Source: Catajapyx aquilonaris (Eukaryota). Taken from it: 37,524 bases of DNA. The translations under genes and the position numbers were made by a program. Positions 34,067-37,524 of the stretch are shown piece by piece. The notes under the pieces were generated by a model. It was given only the letters and a program-made list of their open reading frames with translations, did no database searches and was not told the origin of the DNA. The DNA lies in contig KZ538987.1 in NCBI GenBank assembly GCA_000934665.2, positions 1 through 37,524 on the forward strand, read 5' to 3'. How positions within the stretch are numbered: the first letter of the stretch is position 1; every line of letters starts with the position of its first letter.

Positions 34067-34334
34067 TCTAAGCTCCACCTACAGGCTGCCCCCTTCCAAC
34101 CTCCAAAAATTCGCTGAGGACAACCAGGCAAGACAATAAAATGTAACAGTAAAGGAAAATAGAGGCTCCCCACAAGTAGCGAATAATACGTCATATCGTA
34201 AGGTAATTACAAGTAATTTCAGCTCTGACATGCTTTATGCACAAATGATCGGCATCATTGTACATATGATAAATGTATGAGCCACATTTAACGAAAACTA
34301 CAAGGCACAGCGGAGAGCCCGACTGCCAGCATGA

Positions 34335-34696
34335 CACGTAATGAAACTCGGATTGACATTTTCTTACGTGCCGGTATGGAACTCAACTTCATATTTCGTC
34401 CCTGGACCTTGGTACCTTTCAGTACAGTACCTTTTTGTGCCGCCACCCATTCAGTTGCGTGCCATGAAGTGCCTTTTTGTGCCGCGATCCATTTCATTTC
34501 GTACCTTTTCGGTTCAGCCATAGTTTCGTACCAAAACATACAAATGCGTATCGGATCACATCCTTTTGTTTCGGATCACGAAATGGAATCATATGCGCTA
34601 GATTGTTTAGTGACGGCTCCACGAAACTAAACTCTGGTCTAATTTTGGTTTCGTGCCGGTACGAAACTCAACTTATCGTATCAGATCACATCCCTG
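34335..34696. repeat. Dispersed repeat or probable hAT-like remnant, inverted partner of 32190-32490
   Basis: Repeated tttcgt/acgaaa submotifs; ends in CATCCCTG. Confidence 0.6.
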
Positions 34697-34698
34697 TT

Positions 34699-34866
34699 AG
34701 GATAGGGACGGAAGGAAGCAGCTGTGGCCAAATTATTTAGGAAGCAATCCCGGAATTCTCCTGGGGGGACCGTGGGAACGGTTAGGATTGCCGGCCCCGG
34801 GACTCGAACCCAGGACCTCCTGATTAGCAGTCAAACACCTTATCCACTCCACCAAACTGCTTCGGT
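34699..34866 (-). mobile_element. tRNA-derived SINE, same family as 911-1099
   Basis: Shared aggataggga.ggaaggaagc and acccaggacctcc.gattagcagtc...ctgcttcggt; B-box GGTTCGAGTCC. Confidence 0.8.
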
Positions 34867-35077
34867 AGAGCAGAATGCAGAATAATAGACATAGCAGATG
34901 CATGCTAAGAAGACTGTCACACAGTGCTTGGAAGTAACCAGTTTGCTATCTGGATATTTTGTCCACATTTTAACTCATAATGACCCCATACGGCTTGCAT
35001 ATTAGACTAATGTATGTACTTTATTTTTTTATGATAACTGTACCCAACACAACTGTTCAGTTGTGTTTGTAGCAGTT

Positions 35078-35441
35078 AACAATAATAATAATAATAATAA
35101 TTGGGTTTAGTGCACCGTCCTTCTTGGGCATCTGGCACGGTACCTTTATTATGCTTCAGATGTACAAGCTTTACAAGTGGTCCTTTTCCGTAATGCCCGG
35201 GTACTGCAAGCGAAGGGGGGATGACTAGGAGGGGATGTGCAATGTGCAGTGCAATGTCTTAAACATGGTACATTTTGTGAACTTCCCCGGGTGGTTAGTC
35301 TCAAGGAATCCCACCCGAGACGAAGCCAGAGGCGACCCCAACTCTGCACGAGATGAAGGGGGGGATGCCCGGGCTTGGTATCGAACCCAGGACCCTTACA
35401 TTCGTGAGCGCGTACGTTACCGCAGCGCCACTTCGCCTCCC
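35078..35441 (-). mobile_element. Full-length tRNA-derived SINE
   Basis: A-box TGGCGCTGCGG, B-box GGTTCGATACC, (TTA)n tail, perfect 17-bp TSD TTGTGTTTGTAGCAGTT. Confidence 0.9.
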
Positions 35442-35481
35442 TTGTGTTTGTAGCAGTTGTAAGAGAGTGAAAAATTGTTAA

Positions 35482-36359
35482 GGGCGCCGGATACCTAAGC
35501 GATTTTTTAGAATTCTGTTACAAGTTTGGCCGAGTCCTGGGTGCAGTGTTCTCTTTGCACCGCCTATGCGGGGGTCTCGCTGGAAGTATGGACCTGAAAT
35601 TATCAGAGTATGGTGAGGAAGGGCCAATTTAGCCCCCAACGGAGTTTCGATCCATTAGAATAAAAATTGTGAGATCTACAGGGGGAGGAGGTTTTGAAAA
35701 ACTGCTCACAACATCTTGGCTCTGGATTCGAATGTGGGAAATATCTCGACTGTCATCGATGGCCAAGGTTGTCCTCTCTTACTCCTCCAAAGCGCGATTA
35801 ATTTTGGCTATTGGTTTTTGCACAGCTATTTAAACCGTTTTACCACCTCGCGTCGTAAAATCAGAGGGAGTATTTCCGAAATAGAACAGTTGGTTCCCTG
35901 TTCCCCACGTGAGCCCACACCAGTTCCTTGGCAACCTGGACAAGGAACCAACTGTTCTACGTTCGAAAGTTCTCCACCGATTTTACGAGGTGAGATGGTG
36001 AAACCATTTTAATAGCTGTGCAAAAACCAATAGACCAAATTAATCGCGCTTTGGGGGAGTAAGAGAAGACAACTTTTGCCATCGATGACCGTCGAGATAT
36101 TTCCCAAATTCGAATCCGAAGCCAAGATGTTGTGAGCCGTTTTTCAAAAAGTCCTCTCCTTGTAGATCTCGCAATTATTATTCTAATGGATGGAAACTCT
36201 GGCGGGGGCTCAATTGGCCCTTCCTTGCCATGCTCGGAAAATTTCACGTCCGTACTTCTAGCCAGACGCCCGCATCAGCGGTGCAAAGAGAACGCTGCAC
36301 CCTTGAGTCGGCCAAACTTTAAACGCGATTCTGAAAAATCACTTAGGTATCTGGCGCCC
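35482..36359. mobile_element. 878-bp fold-back element, Kolobok-like
   Basis: TTAA TSD, GGGCGCC(A/G)GATACCTAAG termini, arms complementary almost to the centre (~35900-35940). Confidence 0.82.
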
Positions 36360-36389
36360 TTAATGATTCTTCTTAGAATGCTCCCATTA

Positions 36390-36801
36390 GGGGTCGTCCA
36401 TAAACCACGTGACCGATTTTCGGGCACTTTTTGACACCCCCCCCAGTGACCGACCGTGGTATCCATTGGAACCCCCCCCCNNNNNNNNNNNNNNNNNNNN
36501 NNNNNNNNNNNNNNNNNNNNNNNNNNNNNNNNNNNNNNNNNNNNNNNNNNNNNNNNNNNNNNNNNNNNNNNNNNNNNNNNNNNNNNNNNNNNNNNNNNNN
36601 NNNNNNNNNNNNNNNNNNNNNNNNNNNNNNNNNNNNNNNNNNNNNNNNNNNNNNNNNNNNNNNNNNNNNNNNNNNNNNNNNNNNNNNNNNNNNNNNNNNC
36701 CGACCCCCCCCCCCCCCCTCCCCTCCCGTGACAAACCGTGGTATATCAGCAGACCCCCTCCCCCTCCCCCCAAAACGGTCACGTGGTATATGGATGACCC
36801 C
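36390..36801. mobile_element. PIF/Harbinger MITE (spans an assembly gap)
   Basis: TTA TSD, TIR GGGGTC(G/A)TCCATA.ACCACGTGACCG. Confidence 0.85.
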
Positions 36802-36918
36802 TTATTGTGCATGTACAGTAGAATCCCGGTTATCAGACTCCTTGGTGTAACCGACCGTCCTGTTCCAGCAATAAATCTGTTTTCTCATCAAATAAGTACT
36901 GTAGTGCAGGCCTACTAA

Positions 36919-37044
36919 GGGCCAGTTTCACCGAGCTCGGTATATGATAAAGTCAGGTTTCTTTCGGAAAATCCATACAAATGTGTAGGGATATTCCAAA
37001 AGATACCTGGTTTTATCATTTACGGAGCTCGGTGAAACCGGCCC
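36919..37044. mobile_element. Small PIF/Harbinger MITE
   Basis: TAA TSD, TIR GGGCC(A/G)GTTTCACCGAGCTC. Confidence 0.85.
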
Positions 37045-37072
37045 TAAGCATTTGTTTTGTATTGCCTAAGTT

Positions 37073-37349
37073 TATTATTATTGTTATTATTATTATTTTA
37101 TTATTTTTTATTTTTTGGTTACCACGTGGTAGAGCTCGTGGCCCTCTTAGGGGGGAAGGGGAAGTTCCCAAGCGAGGGCGCCGTGCGATAGCCATTTCTG
37201 ACATTTTTTAACACCAAGCCTTTTCTCCTGGCCCTGAGCAGAGAAAGCGGAAAAAGACCCGGCCAAGCAGAGGTGACGGGGACAGGATTTGAACCCCGGC
37301 CTCCCGCTTGGCTGGCCAGCGGCATAACCGCTAGACCACCATGCCGCCC
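37073..37349 (-). mobile_element. tRNA-derived SINE
   Basis: A-box TGGTCTAGCGG, B-box GGTTCAAATCC, A/(AAT)n tail, near-TSD gcct(a/t)agtt. Confidence 0.8.
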
Positions 37350-37524
37350 AGGCCTTAGTTAAATTTTAAACAGCAGAGTGTGTATGTAAAAGATAAATAC
37401 TTCACTATTTCTTAGAAAACCGTAATATTGTACTTGCCCTGATCTGAAAATATTGGGACACCCCCAAAAAATGGAGTGGTGGGGTTATACACAGGATGTG
37501 ATAAAAAGTTTCCATTAAGATTAT

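Noticed and set aside
35370..35441. tRNA-like sequences (also ~1030-1099, 33498-33570, 34795-34866, 37280-37349)
   Set aside because: No complete cloverleaf, and they are followed by SINE bodies, tails and TSDs, so they are SINE heads and not tRNA genes.
33642..36699. Poly-X and poly-P ORFs across N runs
   Set aside because: Artefacts of assembly gaps at G/C homopolymers inside MITEs.

Overview
Eukaryotic genomic DNA, most likely an insect or other arthropod (inferred from the SAFB motifs and the repeat families). There is one clear host gene: an 18-coding-exon SAFB/SLTM-like (Saf-B) gene on the minus strand, from ATG at 30413 to TAA at 10208. It encodes about 1052 aa: SAP domain, acidic/Ser linker, RRM, Glu/Arg coiled coil and an RG-rich tail. 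All exons were joined by hand with consistent phases, and the model needs one GC-AG intron. The rest is dense transposon debris: a 5'-inverted (twin-primed-like) RTE LINE with an intact TSD, several tRNA-derived SINEs, and MITEs or remnants of Tc1/mariner, pogo, hAT, piggyBac-like, PIF/Harbinger, Kolobok-like and Sola-like elements, several of them nested. I found no prokaryotic-type system, CRISPR array or confident RNA gene. The most notable signals are the inverted RTE insertion, candidate unproductive or alternative splicing in SAFB, and recurrent fold-back elements.
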